Of a stretch of DNA of 26,679 nucleotides, positions 9,091 to 16,569 are shown one piece after another. The first letter of the stretch is position 1. Every line of letters begins with the position of its first letter. The position numbers and the translations under genes are program-made. The notes beneath the pieces were generated by a model that saw nothing but the letters and a program-made list of their open reading frames with translations, searched no databases and was not told where the DNA came from. Source of the DNA: a virus (Duplodnaviria > Caudoviricetes); the IMG/VR virus record IMGVR_UViG_3300028610_001401, positions 1-26,679 of that record; one strand, given 5' to 3'.

Positions 9091-10194
9091 ATGAGTCTGA
9101 GACCAGTGAAACCAACATTTTGGGATTATGCTGTGGTTTTTTTGCTTCCAATAGTCATTGTATTTGCCATCACGTCCCTCGTGCTGTGGGCCACGTCTGC
9201 ACCGGCCGCCATGGTGGATTGCATCAGCGCCACCTGCCGTGTGACATCTGTGGAAGGCGATAAAGTAACTGGCGTCGGCACCGGCTGTGTGTTTGAGATC
9301 AGCAACGGCAATGTGTTTGTGCTGACCAATGCCCATGTGGCCGACAGAGACAGAATGAAGGTGGAATTCTGGGAAGACGGACATTTGTCAAGGCCGCTTT
9401 ATGGCAGCACTGTCATGCGCTCCGTTAGTCGGGATATTGCGGTCATTTCGATCGATGCTGCTGTCTTTGGACAGTCACTTCCGAACGTCATTCCAATAGC
9501 ACCACTGAATACACAACTACACATCGGACAAACCATTACCTCGGTTGGCTGTGCAAACAGTGCGTGGGCGACGGCGTTTAAGGGGCACATACGTAACCCT
9601 GTTGATGATGTGGGTGGCTTGATTGCGTTCGATCCAACGCCTGCGCTGGGCCGCAGTGGATCGGCAATCTTCGATGAAGATGGTAAACACATCGTAGCAT
9701 TGTTGCGAGCTCAGAGGCTGGAATACAAGGACGGCCCTCCGATCTACGGCCTTGCCGTGAGCATCCGAGACATCTGGGCTTCGCTGTATGGCGACATGGT
9801 GGACACAGGTCGCACCATAAAGGATCGCGAGACCTTTTGGCCCCCGGCCATTCAGGAGCAAGTCCCGGTGCAGTGTGGGCCAAGGGGCTGTCCAACGCCG
9901 GGAGGGTCGGGGCAGCGTGTCCTGCCGTACCGACAGCGACAGGACGACATCGATCGCCGTCAAGACAGGCGGATTGATGATCTGTATCCGACCAAGCCAT
10001 TCGAGGTTCCGAAGCTTGAGGTGGAGCCTCCGGCGGACGGAGGGAATGTTCACGAGTCGGCCCCGCCGCCTCCGGTCGTCAAAGAGCGTGGGCCACCTAT
10101 CGGCTTCATTGTCGGATTCCTGCTACTTGCGGCTGGTGTTGGTATGGTACTCGGCCTCGCTGTTCAGTGGAAGGCAACCTATCCGAAGTTGTAA
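9091..10194 (+). CDS. Exported, membrane-anchored trypsin-like serine protease
   Basis: GAGGAG RBS. N-terminal hydrophobic signal/TM ending in APAA. Catalytic triad motifs LTNAHV (His), RDIAVI (Asp), GRSGS (Ser). Pro-rich linker and a C-terminal TM (IGFIVGFLLLAAGVGMVLGLAV). Confidence 0.88.
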   Translation: MSLRPVKPTFWDYAVVFLLPIVIVFAITSLVLWATSAPAAMVDCISATCRVTSVEGDKVTGVGTGCVFEISNGNVFVLTNAHVADRDRMKVEFWEDGHLSRPLYGSTVMRSVSRDIAVISIDAAVFGQSLPNVIPIAPLNTQLHIGQTITSVGCANSAWATAFKGHIRNPVDDVGGLIAFDPTPALGRSGSAIFDEDGKHIVALLRAQRLEYKDGPPIYGLAVSIRDIWASLYGDMVDTGRTIKDRETFWPPAIQEQVPVQCGPRGCPTPGGSGQRVLPYRQRQDDIDRRQDRRIDDLYPTKPFEVPKLEVEPPADGGNVHESAPPPPVVKERGPPIGFIVGFLLLAAGVGMVLGLAVQWKATYPKL

Positions 10195-10210
10195 CGAAGG
10201 AGGGATGCAC

Positions 10211-10354
10211 ATGGAGAGTCATGCTATCAGTATCGTTCTGTGGTGTCTTCTGGGGGTATTTGCTCTTGCATTCGTCTTGCATGTGATGATGCTGATTGAC
10301 TGCATCAGATACAAGGTCAAGAAGCCAACCTCCAGGCGATCAAAGCGTTCGTAA
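10211..10354 (+). CDS. 47-aa single-TM protein with basic tail
   Basis: GAAGGAGG RBS before ATG 10211. MESHAISIVLWCLLGVFALAFVLHVMMLIDCIRYKVKKPTSRRSKRS. This is the 3' end of track ORF 9875..10354. Confidence 0.7.
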   Translation: MESHAISIVLWCLLGVFALAFVLHVMMLIDCIRYKVKKPTSRRSKRS

Positions 10355-10399
10355 GCTCAGTTTTTCTATCAATGAGAAAGTAACGAAAGAGAGTTCATT

Positions 10400-10792
10400 A
10401 TGGTCAGTCTCGTTATCAATGTTGTTCTCGGAGCCCTTGTGCTCGGAGCGGCCTGCTACTATGTCGTTCGTTGGATGTTTCGCAAGGATACGGAGATCGA
10501 AGATCGTCGCCGAGCTGCGGCCGAGCTTGCTGGCGTACTGTCTGGTCTTGGGCTGCGGAAGATCCCGGACTTCCTGATCGACTACAGCGTCGGTGACTAC
10601 AGCGGCATGGGGAAGAAGATCGCAGACCTGGCGCGACTTTTCTTGTCGGGTGAAGCCGCCGTGCTCGAAGAATTCAAGGAGGCATTCGGTAGAGTGCTCG
10701 ATGCCAAGCTGAAGACCCCTGAGGGCCGGGCGTACATCCGTGTCAAGCTGGAAGACTCCGATACGGCAGACCCTAGCCCCGTCGCGAAATAA
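10400..10792 (+). CDS. Hypothetical membrane protein (N-terminal TM plus helical domain)
   Basis: Hydrophobic residues 2-23 followed by RWMFRK, suggesting N-out/C-in topology by the positive-inside rule. Confidence 0.75.
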   Translation: MVSLVINVVLGALVLGAACYYVVRWMFRKDTEIEDRRRAAAELAGVLSGLGLRKIPDFLIDYSVGDYSGMGKKIADLARLFLSGEAAVLEEFKEAFGRVLDAKLKTPEGRAYIRVKLEDSDTADPSPVAK

Positions 10793-10822
10793 CCACCCCC
10801 AGGGCAAGAAGAAGGCCTCGCT

Positions 10823-10866
10823 GACCAGCCGGGGCAACCTACCAGAGCCCTCGGCTGGTCGTTTTT
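10823..10866 (+). terminator. Rho-independent terminator
   Basis: GACCAGCCGGGGC (10823-10835) pairs with GCCC(T)CGGCTGGTC (10847-10860) with one bulge, followed by GTTTTT. Confidence 0.7.
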
Positions 10867-10888
10867 ATAGAAAAGAAGAAAGGAAGAC

Positions 10889-11251
10889 ATGAAAGAAGAA
10901 CACTTTGGTCTCGCTGTTGGTTTCTTGCTCCTTGCGGTGACCATTTTGTGCGCGTGCATGGCTGGTTGCTCGCATCAAATGGGGCCCGACACTTATGATT
11001 ATTCCATGTATACCGTGGTCGCATACATGGACGATCAATGCGACCCGTGCCAAGAGGTAAAGCAGTCCCTTGAGCTCCTTGAGGCGGCTGGAGCTCGGGT
11101 CATCATTGTTGATGTCCATGAGGACCCACGCAAAGCAGAAATATGGGGCGTCACGGACGTTCCAACTTTTTTCATTTCCTCACCTCACAGTGACACGATC
11201 CGCACGTACACCATTGAAACGGTCTTGGCCGTGTGCGGGGGCTACTTGTGA
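10889..11251 (+). CDS. Thioredoxin-fold lipoprotein
   Basis: Hydrophobic signal ending in the lipobox-like MAG-C. CDPC CxxC follows a beta strand, then IIVDV and the GVTDVPTFF cis-Pro loop. Confidence 0.8.
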   Translation: MKEEHFGLAVGFLLLAVTILCACMAGCSHQMGPDTYDYSMYTVVAYMDDQCDPCQEVKQSLELLEAAGARVIIVDVHEDPRKAEIWGVTDVPTFFISSPHSDTIRTYTIETVLAVCGGYL

Positions 11252-11547
11252 GACTAGCGGCCTGCGGCATCTTCGGCAGCGTCATTGCGATGGGGTCAGC
11301 CGACGCTCTGAGCGGCCCGATCATCGTTCAGTATGGAGCACTAGCTATACTGGGTGGGGCGGTCCTGTATCTCCTCAAATACGCCATTCCATCCATCCTG
11401 AAGGCACAGAAGGATGAGCGGACGGCGCTTCTTGCCGATCAGGAACGAGCCAGACACGATTTCTGTGAAGCCCTCGCCGGGGTGTCGAGATCAGTTGACA
11501 ACATGGCAATTGTCATATCTGGGGCCCGGCGATCAGTAGGCCCATAG
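11248..11547 (+). CDS. Holin-like membrane protein (TM followed by charged helix)
   Basis: GTGA overlap with the thioredoxin stop. Hydrophobic IIVQYGALAILGGAVLYLL followed by a charged coiled segment, an architecture reminiscent of BhlA/XhlA-type proteins. Last gene of the + block. Confidence 0.5.
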   Translation: MRLAACGIFGSVIAMGSADALSGPIIVQYGALAILGGAVLYLLKYAIPSILKAQKDERTALLADQERARHDFCEALAGVSRSVDNMAIVISGARRSVGP

Positions 11548-11571
11548 CTGAGACGTCCACAGAGCCCCGAT

Positions 11572-11601
11572 AAGAGCCACGGACCGCCCGTGGCTCTTTC
11601 T
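11572..11601 (+). terminator. Hairpin between the convergent blocks (terminator, possibly bidirectional)
   Basis: AAGAGCCACGG (11572-11582) / CCGTGGCTCTT (11588-11598) form a perfect 11-bp stem with a 5-nt loop and a short T tail on the + strand. Confidence 0.7.
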
Positions 11602-11625
11602 ACTGGTAAACGGAGCGAGAGGCCA

Positions 11626-11985
11626 CTACAGGGCTTTCTGGGTGGCGCGAGGCGGTTTCTTTCCGCAGACGAATACCACGGCCGTTGGGATTTTCGAGTA
11701 GTATCGTACAATTGACGCAACTACCGACCCCGGAGGTAGGCCGTCGTGCTGGAGCTCGCTGTCCATGTGGGGGGATACTTTCCAGAAACCTTCTTCTCCG
11801 GCAATCTGGAACCGGCCGGCACGTGCTGTTCGAGTTGCTTCCGGCATACCGAATGTGCGCCATTCCGGCGTGCGGGTGCCGTGCTCTCGTTCGCAGAAGA
11901 GGTAGCCGCCAGCATGGAGTAACTGCTCACCACAACTTGGGCATTTTTTTTCAGCGGCCTTGTGTGTAAACTGTGTTGATTTCAT
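11626..11985 (-). CDS. Zn-ribbon hypothetical protein, paralog B (119 aa)
   Basis: Start reassigned to ATG 11985 (ATGA overlap with the upstream stop). CPSCG...C...H. Homologous to the neighbouring gene. Confidence 0.75.
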   Translation of the reverse strand: MKSTQFTHKAAEKKCPSCGEQLLHAGGYLFCEREHGTRTPEWRTFGMPEATRTARAGRFQIAGEEGFWKVSPHMDSELQHDGLPPGSVVASIVRYYSKIPTAVVFVCGKKPPRATQKAL

Positions 11986-12314
11986 GTCGCCTTCACTCTC
12001 GGGGGCTTTGCTGGCCTGAATGTCCTGGCCATCCAACGTCCCCGCTTGTTCACTTGCATTTTGGCTACGAGGTAGGCCGGGGATTCTGGGGCATGTTCCA
12101 TGCAATCTACATGAGCCCACGGAACATATTCCCAGAATCCTACGGCTCCTTCGATAGTGAATCGCTTATAATCTCGACGGGTTGCCCGTGAAAGGTCCAT
12201 GATGCCCCACAGCAAGCGCGCTTTCGAGTTGCCGCATATGCAGACCATGAGCTTGCTGCTGGTCCTGTACATCCGCAGCCCGCATGTTTTACAGATCCAG
12301 TCTCTACGTCTCAT
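11982..12314 (-). CDS. Zn-ribbon hypothetical protein, paralog A (110 aa)
   Basis: CKTCG...CICG. Shares ATR...RF.I.G..GFW...KPPR with 11626-11985. TAATG coupling with the upstream gene. Confidence 0.75.
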   Translation of the reverse strand: MRRRDWICKTCGLRMYRTSSKLMVCICGNSKARLLWGIMDLSRATRRDYKRFTIEGAVGFWEYVPWAHVDCMEHAPESPAYLVAKMQVNKRGRWMARTFRPAKPPRVKAT

Positions 12315-12658
12315 TATTTTTCCTCCATAGTATCTGCGGCTTCGTCGGCATCTTCCATGCTGTCGAAGACAAGATGATCTGACTTTTTAACAACCACAAA
12401 AATCTTCGGCATTTCGTGAAGCGGACGCAGCGTGACAACTTCACCCACATCACGCCCGTCCACTGCGTCATGAATTTCATCAAAAGCAGTGTCCAGGTTG
12501 TTATCATCCCAATACCAGAACTGGCCGGTCTTCGCGTCCATGATGATCTCATTCAAGCGGTCAATGTTCTTTTTGGCTGACACCAGCAGCAAAAAGAAAC
12601 GGATCGCCACTGCGAGACTAAGCAACACTATCAATAACCACAGTAACCACAGCGTCAT
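12314..12658 (-). CDS. Hypothetical membrane protein
   Basis: GAGGTG RBS. Long N-terminal hydrophobic helix followed by an acidic domain. Confidence 0.65.
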   Translation of the reverse strand: MTLWLLWLLIVLLSLAVAIRFFLLLVSAKKNIDRLNEIIMDAKTGQFWYWDDNNLDTAFDEIHDAVDGRDVGEVVTLRPLHEMPKIFVVVKKSDHLVFDSMEDADEAADTMEEK

Positions 12659-12669
12659 TTCACCTCATG

Positions 12670-12969
12670 TTATTTTTGTTCGTCCCATTTTTCCCACATC
12701 GAATAAATGGCAGCGTACGCAACCCCCCATGCACCCTCATGTAAATAGGCTGCCTTCTCTATTGTCAGGATGTGCGCCCACTCATGCAGAAGCGCGTCAA
12801 CCTGACCAGTTTTATCCAGTTTCACGTTGACGTAGATCCGAAAGACATCTACCCCTATAGTGAGCTCCCCATCCTCCCTTATTGGACAGCGGCGAACCTC
12901 AACACGGCTCTCAGTTGGGAACCGTAGTCGTAACTCACGAATTAAGGCACGCCAGTTTTTTGTTTTCAC
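12670..12969 (-). CDS. Minimal HExxH zinc-metallopeptidase-like protein (SprT/ImmA-IrrE-like)
   Basis: IYVN...DALLHEWAH followed by H-x-x-x-W (HEGAW) as a possible third ligand. GTGA overlap with the upstream gene. Confidence 0.7.
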   Translation of the reverse strand: MKTKNWRALIRELRLRFPTESRVEVRRCPIREDGELTIGVDVFRIYVNVKLDKTGQVDALLHEWAHILTIEKAAYLHEGAWGVAYAAIYSMWEKWDEQK

Positions 12970-13544
12970 CTTTCAAATCCCTGCTCAAAGAAACATTTGA
13001 TGCGATTAGCGACATAACGACGCGGGTTTCCAAGGCCATGTAGGAGGTTCCATGGCCTTGGAACAAGGATTGCTTTGCCGCCGGCCCCCAGAAAGGCTGT
13101 CACGTTGTAGTCATAGTCGTCAATCAAAAGAGATCCAGGACTTGCACACAGATGTTTATGTACACTCATCACATAGTTCCTGTGCATCCATGCAGGGAGA
13201 TTGTCCTGAATCCATTCAAGCTTACCAGCCAAGCAGTCAGGATCTTTTGTCGGGCTGGTAAGGATATAAACGTTGTTCCTGCCAACCGACTTAGCGGCCT
13301 CCTTAATGAGCCAGTCACACATTGTAGATTTCTTGAGGCAAGCCCAGAACCTTCTGTCAAACCGATCCCAGAATGTTTCTTTTGTAAAATTTCCCAGCGG
13401 ATGTGAGGCGTTGGCGGCTCTTATGATGTTGAATCTCCACTCTGGTTTGTAGGACGTGTGATTGCAACCTACATGCCATAGTGCGGCGGGCGTAAAGATG
13501 TTCAGGACGTCATCGAGATCAAGGAAGATTCGTGTTGGTTTCAA
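12966..13544 (-). CDS. HAD-superfamily 5'(3')-deoxyribonucleotidase (NT5C-like)
   Basis: IFLDLDDVL (motif I), ILTSP (II), K..W and HK (III), LLIDD (IV), and PWN. Start reassigned to TTG 13544 downstream of AAGGAG. Confidence 0.88.
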   Translation of the reverse strand: MKPTRIFLDLDDVLNIFTPAALWHVGCNHTSYKPEWRFNIIRAANASHPLGNFTKETFWDRFDRRFWACLKKSTMCDWLIKEAAKSVGRNNVYILTSPTKDPDCLAGKLEWIQDNLPAWMHRNYVMSVHKHLCASPGSLLIDDYDYNVTAFLGAGGKAILVPRPWNLLHGLGNPRRYVANRIKCFFEQGFER

Positions 13545-13759
13545 GATACTAGTCTCCTTTTTTGTCTTAGCTAATGGCAACGTGGGCATGAGCATCCAAT
13601 CTTATGCCCCGTACACCGCGATACAAAACGGGCGTATATTTCACGATCTGAAATCTCCACATAGTCTGGATGGTGACGACACCCCTTGCCGCAGTCCTTT
13701 GGATGCACTGAGCATGGATGGGTGGTTTTACAGGGTTTGGGCGAGGTTGGTTTCAAGAT
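13534..13759 (-). repeat. 14-bp direct repeat ATCTTGAAACCAAC at two adjacent start codons
   Basis: Forward GTTGGTTTCAAGAT occurs at 13534-13547 and 13746-13759. Confidence 0.85.
13571..13756 (-). CDS. 61-aa Cys/His-rich protein
   Basis: Fills the operon gap. TTG start after AGGAAAG. 8 Cys and 6 His. Confidence 0.5.
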   Translation of the reverse strand: MKPTSPKPCKTTHPCSVHPKDCGKGCRHHPDYVEISDREIYARFVSRCTGHKIGCSCPRCH

Positions 13760-13767
13760 GTGCTTTC

Positions 13768-14376
13768 CTAATTCCCTCGGTAGAATTCGCACTCAAGACA
13801 AGAGATACTGAGAGGCAAGGTGCAGTCAAAGGTGGCAATGCAATCGCCGGCGATGGCATATATAACCGGTTCTGGTCCGATGTTGGTAGGTGGGAAGCCG
13901 AGTGCTTTCTTGGGGGCGTCGGGGGAATTGTAATTCCAGGCAGGGCAATCATCATTGCATCGTTTAGGCCAGGTTTCACATTGATAACAGGAAGTGTCAG
14001 GCCCGATGGGTTCTTCAGTACCAGGCTTTTCCATGTCATGCAGCTGCGACATGATATTGAACATGGCAGCACACAGTGCATTTTTCTTCGAGACGACCTG
14101 GCCGTCCTCGATTACTGTTCCGCCTCGGTGGATCATCCATGCGTCCCAGACGTGACGGAGCATAGACTTCATGCAGACCCCCGGCCCGAAGCCACCTTGC
14201 CAGTTGTCGCTGTCTCGCACCTTACCGTCTGCCTGCACTCGGTGCTTGTTGAGATACTCGCAGTATGCCTTCAGTGCAAACGGACTGAGGAAGCCCTCGT
14301 AGTCGAGCTTTTCGTCGTCCGTGTTGCGGGTGGCTCCGCCTTTGAACACCCGCATCTCTGGTTTCGTTTTTTTCAT
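13768..14376 (-). CDS. dATP/dGTP diphosphohydrolase-like protein (DUF5664 type) with Cys-rich C-terminal extension
   Basis: F.GGATR...K.DY...DNWQ.G...S..RH...W...LCA..FN pattern. ATGA overlap with the upstream gene. Tail contains CYQC...C...C and C...C...CLEC. Confidence 0.72.
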   Translation of the reverse strand: MKKTKPEMRVFKGGATRNTDDEKLDYEGFLSPFALKAYCEYLNKHRVQADGKVRDSDNWQGGFGPGVCMKSMLRHVWDAWMIHRGGTVIEDGQVVSKKNALCAAMFNIMSQLHDMEKPGTEEPIGPDTSCYQCETWPKRCNDDCPAWNYNSPDAPKKALGFPPTNIGPEPVIYAIAGDCIATFDCTLPLSISCLECEFYRGN

Positions 14377-15434
14377 GTCTTGCTCCTTTGGGGCTCGGTC
14401 AGGAAGATCGGCTTTGCGTCCGTCACGCCGTAAAACTCATCAACGACAATGAATGTCTGACTCGGATGCTGAAACTCGGCCTTGACACACTCAAGGGCAA
14501 ATTCCGAGTAACCGATAAGCGCGCCACATGCGATCCACTTGGGGTAATGCACAAGAAACGTATGGAAGTGGCCAAAAACGTCAAGATCAACTGCTTCAAT
14601 CCTATCCCATGCCGCCACTGTTTTGTTGGTCGGGATTGTGATGCCGCCAACGCCGCCATGGTACCGTGTAGCGTCGCCATGATGAAAGCGAATCTTGCGG
14701 CCCATGACTGTCTGGACGTTGTAGCATCCTTCTCCGACCATCCATTGTACTCGGGGGTTATCCTTGTAGTACATGGCCATCGTCTTGTAAAGCAGCCACT
14801 CAAAACTATTCATGTGGCTGGTCTTAATTTGCTTCTTTGCTGTTGTCCGGCCATGATTACCAACGCACGTTGGGATCGATATAGGAAGCTTTGTCTCCTT
14901 TAACCACAGATCCACGCCAGCGAAGATATGTTCCTGGAGGAACACGCACGCCTCAGTCGGACTGAGCTCATTCGTTTCCATAAGCTCATCATGGATGTAA
15001 CCAGAGATAAGATCACCGAGTAATGGATGCCACAACTCCACAACAGGTGCAAAGCTGCTTTGGTGGTCGACCAATTCCGGAACCTTCTGGTAATACCGCT
15101 TAATCCTGGCCTCGGCCTCGGCAATGTCGAAATGATTCTTCCCACCAACGCCCGCAGGGAAAACCCGCTCCTCGACGTGCCAGTCCGTCGCCGGGGCGAT
15201 AACAGCAACGCCCCTCCGCTTGGATCGACTCGCCTTTCGGCGAAGCCGAGTCGGCTTTGCACCCTTGATCGCAAGGAGCGAGGCAAGCCGTCCCTCCAAG
15301 GCGGTCGCCTCAGCAACGGCGGTCTTGTACCTGGATCGCCACTTAGCAGCATCTCCCTTGGCTTTTGAGACCGCGAGTTCGGTAGTCTCGCTCATAGCTT
15401 CCGAGACAAGGTTTGCTGGTTTGCGCTTAGTCAT
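14373..15434 (-). CDS. Calcineurin-like metallophosphoesterase with N-terminal coiled coil
   Basis: All five motifs present: DWH, GDLISG, GNHG, HHGD, GHFH. Start set at MTKRKP (15434). Confidence 0.88.
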   Translation of the reverse strand: MTKRKPANLVSEAMSETTELAVSKAKGDAAKWRSRYKTAVAEATALEGRLASLLAIKGAKPTRLRRKASRSKRRGVAVIAPATDWHVEERVFPAGVGGKNHFDIAEAEARIKRYYQKVPELVDHQSSFAPVVELWHPLLGDLISGYIHDELMETNELSPTEACVFLQEHIFAGVDLWLKETKLPISIPTCVGNHGRTTAKKQIKTSHMNSFEWLLYKTMAMYYKDNPRVQWMVGEGCYNVQTVMGRKIRFHHGDATRYHGGVGGITIPTNKTVAAWDRIEAVDLDVFGHFHTFLVHYPKWIACGALIGYSEFALECVKAEFQHPSQTFIVVDEFYGVTDAKPIFLTEPQRSKT

Positions 15435-15675
15435 TAGATACAAGTTCCTTTAGGGTACGCGTAACAGTTCCGACACTGCGGTCAATGCCAAGCTCTCTGA
15501 TAAGCTTCGTCGCGACGATTGTGTGTGACGCGGCAGGATTTTCTTTCATGGCCGAAACCACATCATGTACGTATGCCCAGTCTTTATCACTGAGACCAGT
15601 TACCCAGGACACCGTTGCCTTGCCCGGAGTTGCTGATGCCACAAGTTCATCTGGTGTCTGTTTCTTTTTTGCCAT
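15427..15675 (-). CDS. Small HTH-like protein (82 aa)
   Basis: MAKKKQ...SHTIVATKLIRELGIDRSVGTVTRTL is a helix-turn-helix-like pattern. Overlaps the phosphoesterase start. Confidence 0.6.
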   Translation of the reverse strand: MAKKKQTPDELVASATPGKATVSWVTGLSDKDWAYVHDVVSAMKENPAASHTIVATKLIRELGIDRSVGTVTRTLKELVSND

Positions 15676-16183
15676 GGATGTTCTGATAAGCCTTTTCTGC
15701 ACGTTGTGCAAGGTGGTGAAAGAGGGGGTTAGTAATGAGTTGAAGGTCGCTTAGGTCTAACAGATCCTCTGTGACTTTTACGAGATCCAAAAAATTGGCT
15801 TGTGAAAACCGGCAGGCATAGTGGCTTCTGTTGACTGACGGCGTAGAAGTCTTCATTGGTGCAAAAATTATTGTGCCACATTCGCTACATTTCGTTTCGG
15901 TAGCTGTGCGAAAACGATCAAGTCTGCGCAAGCTCCAGATGCTTTCGACCGGCAGATTTAGATTTACTGCGATCTGTGATACTGGTGTCTTAACTAGCAA
16001 GCATCTGCGGATTTTTTCACGCAGGTCTTCTGACATTGCGTCAACAGCCATACACGCTCGACGAAAATTTGTAACTGTACCCTGAGCAACTCCAGCCATT
16101 GCTGCAATGACTCGAACTGGCATATCTGTGCGAACTAGCCGATGAAGTATTTCGTCTTGTTGTTCTGTAAGTTGACACATCAT
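15647..16183 (-). CDS. Tandem-HTH protein with CxxC (putative transcription regulator)
   Basis: MPVRVIAAMAGVAQGTV and TPVSQIAVNLNLPVESI HTH repeats, then CSECG. ATGA overlap with the rusA stop. Confidence 0.65.
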   Translation of the reverse strand: MMCQLTEQQDEILHRLVRTDMPVRVIAAMAGVAQGTVTNFRRACMAVDAMSEDLREKIRRCLLVKTPVSQIAVNLNLPVESIWSLRRLDRFRTATETKCSECGTIIFAPMKTSTPSVNRSHYACRFSQANFLDLVKVTEDLLDLSDLQLITNPLFHHLAQRAEKAYQNIHGKKETDTR

Positions 16184-16569
16184 TCAGCAGCCTGTCGTGT
16201 AATTGTAAGCTCTACTCTTGGGAATTCGGTGTCAATGTTGAACGAAGGCTCGCCACGTCTCATATGCTTATTATCGTCATCCGGCACAAGGCCGCTGTCT
16301 ACAATACCGTCGTAAGCAGATTTTAATGAGCCCGTCGAGTTGTCAGGGTCCCTTCTACGATCAGTAGTATGGAAGAATGCCGCTGATACAATAACATGGT
16401 TCCATGGCATGGACTCAACTTGCTCGGCCTCGACTGCTTCTTTGGCGAGCCGTCGGTATCTCTTTATTGCCGTCGCTTTCATAAACCGCCCACCAATACT
16501 GCCGATTGTGCAGTTTGGTTCAAGCGCCCTTGCAGGCAGTGGCAGGATGATTGTAACCAGTTCATTCAT
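16180..16569 (-). CDS. rusA: RusA-like Holliday junction resolvase
   Basis: LPLP...PN, RRRDPDN...K...DGIV..G...DD, PRVELTI. Start reassigned to ATG 16569, overlapping the primase stop. Confidence 0.88.
   Translation of the reverse strand: MNELVTIILPLPARALEPNCTIGSIGGRFMKATAIKRYRRLAKEAVEAEQVESMPWNHVIVSAAFFHTTDRRRDPDNSTGSLKSAYDGIVDSGLVPDDDNKHMRRGEPSFNIDTEFPRVELTITRQAAE

Noticed and set aside
10400-11251. i-spanin / o-spanin pair
   Set aside because: Basic residues after the TM imply a cytoplasmic C-domain for 10400-10792. The lipoprotein has a thioredoxin fold, and a terminator separates the two genes.
13462-14433. 323-aa + strand ORF
   Set aside because: Antisense shadow of motif-bearing - strand genes, with no recognisable features.
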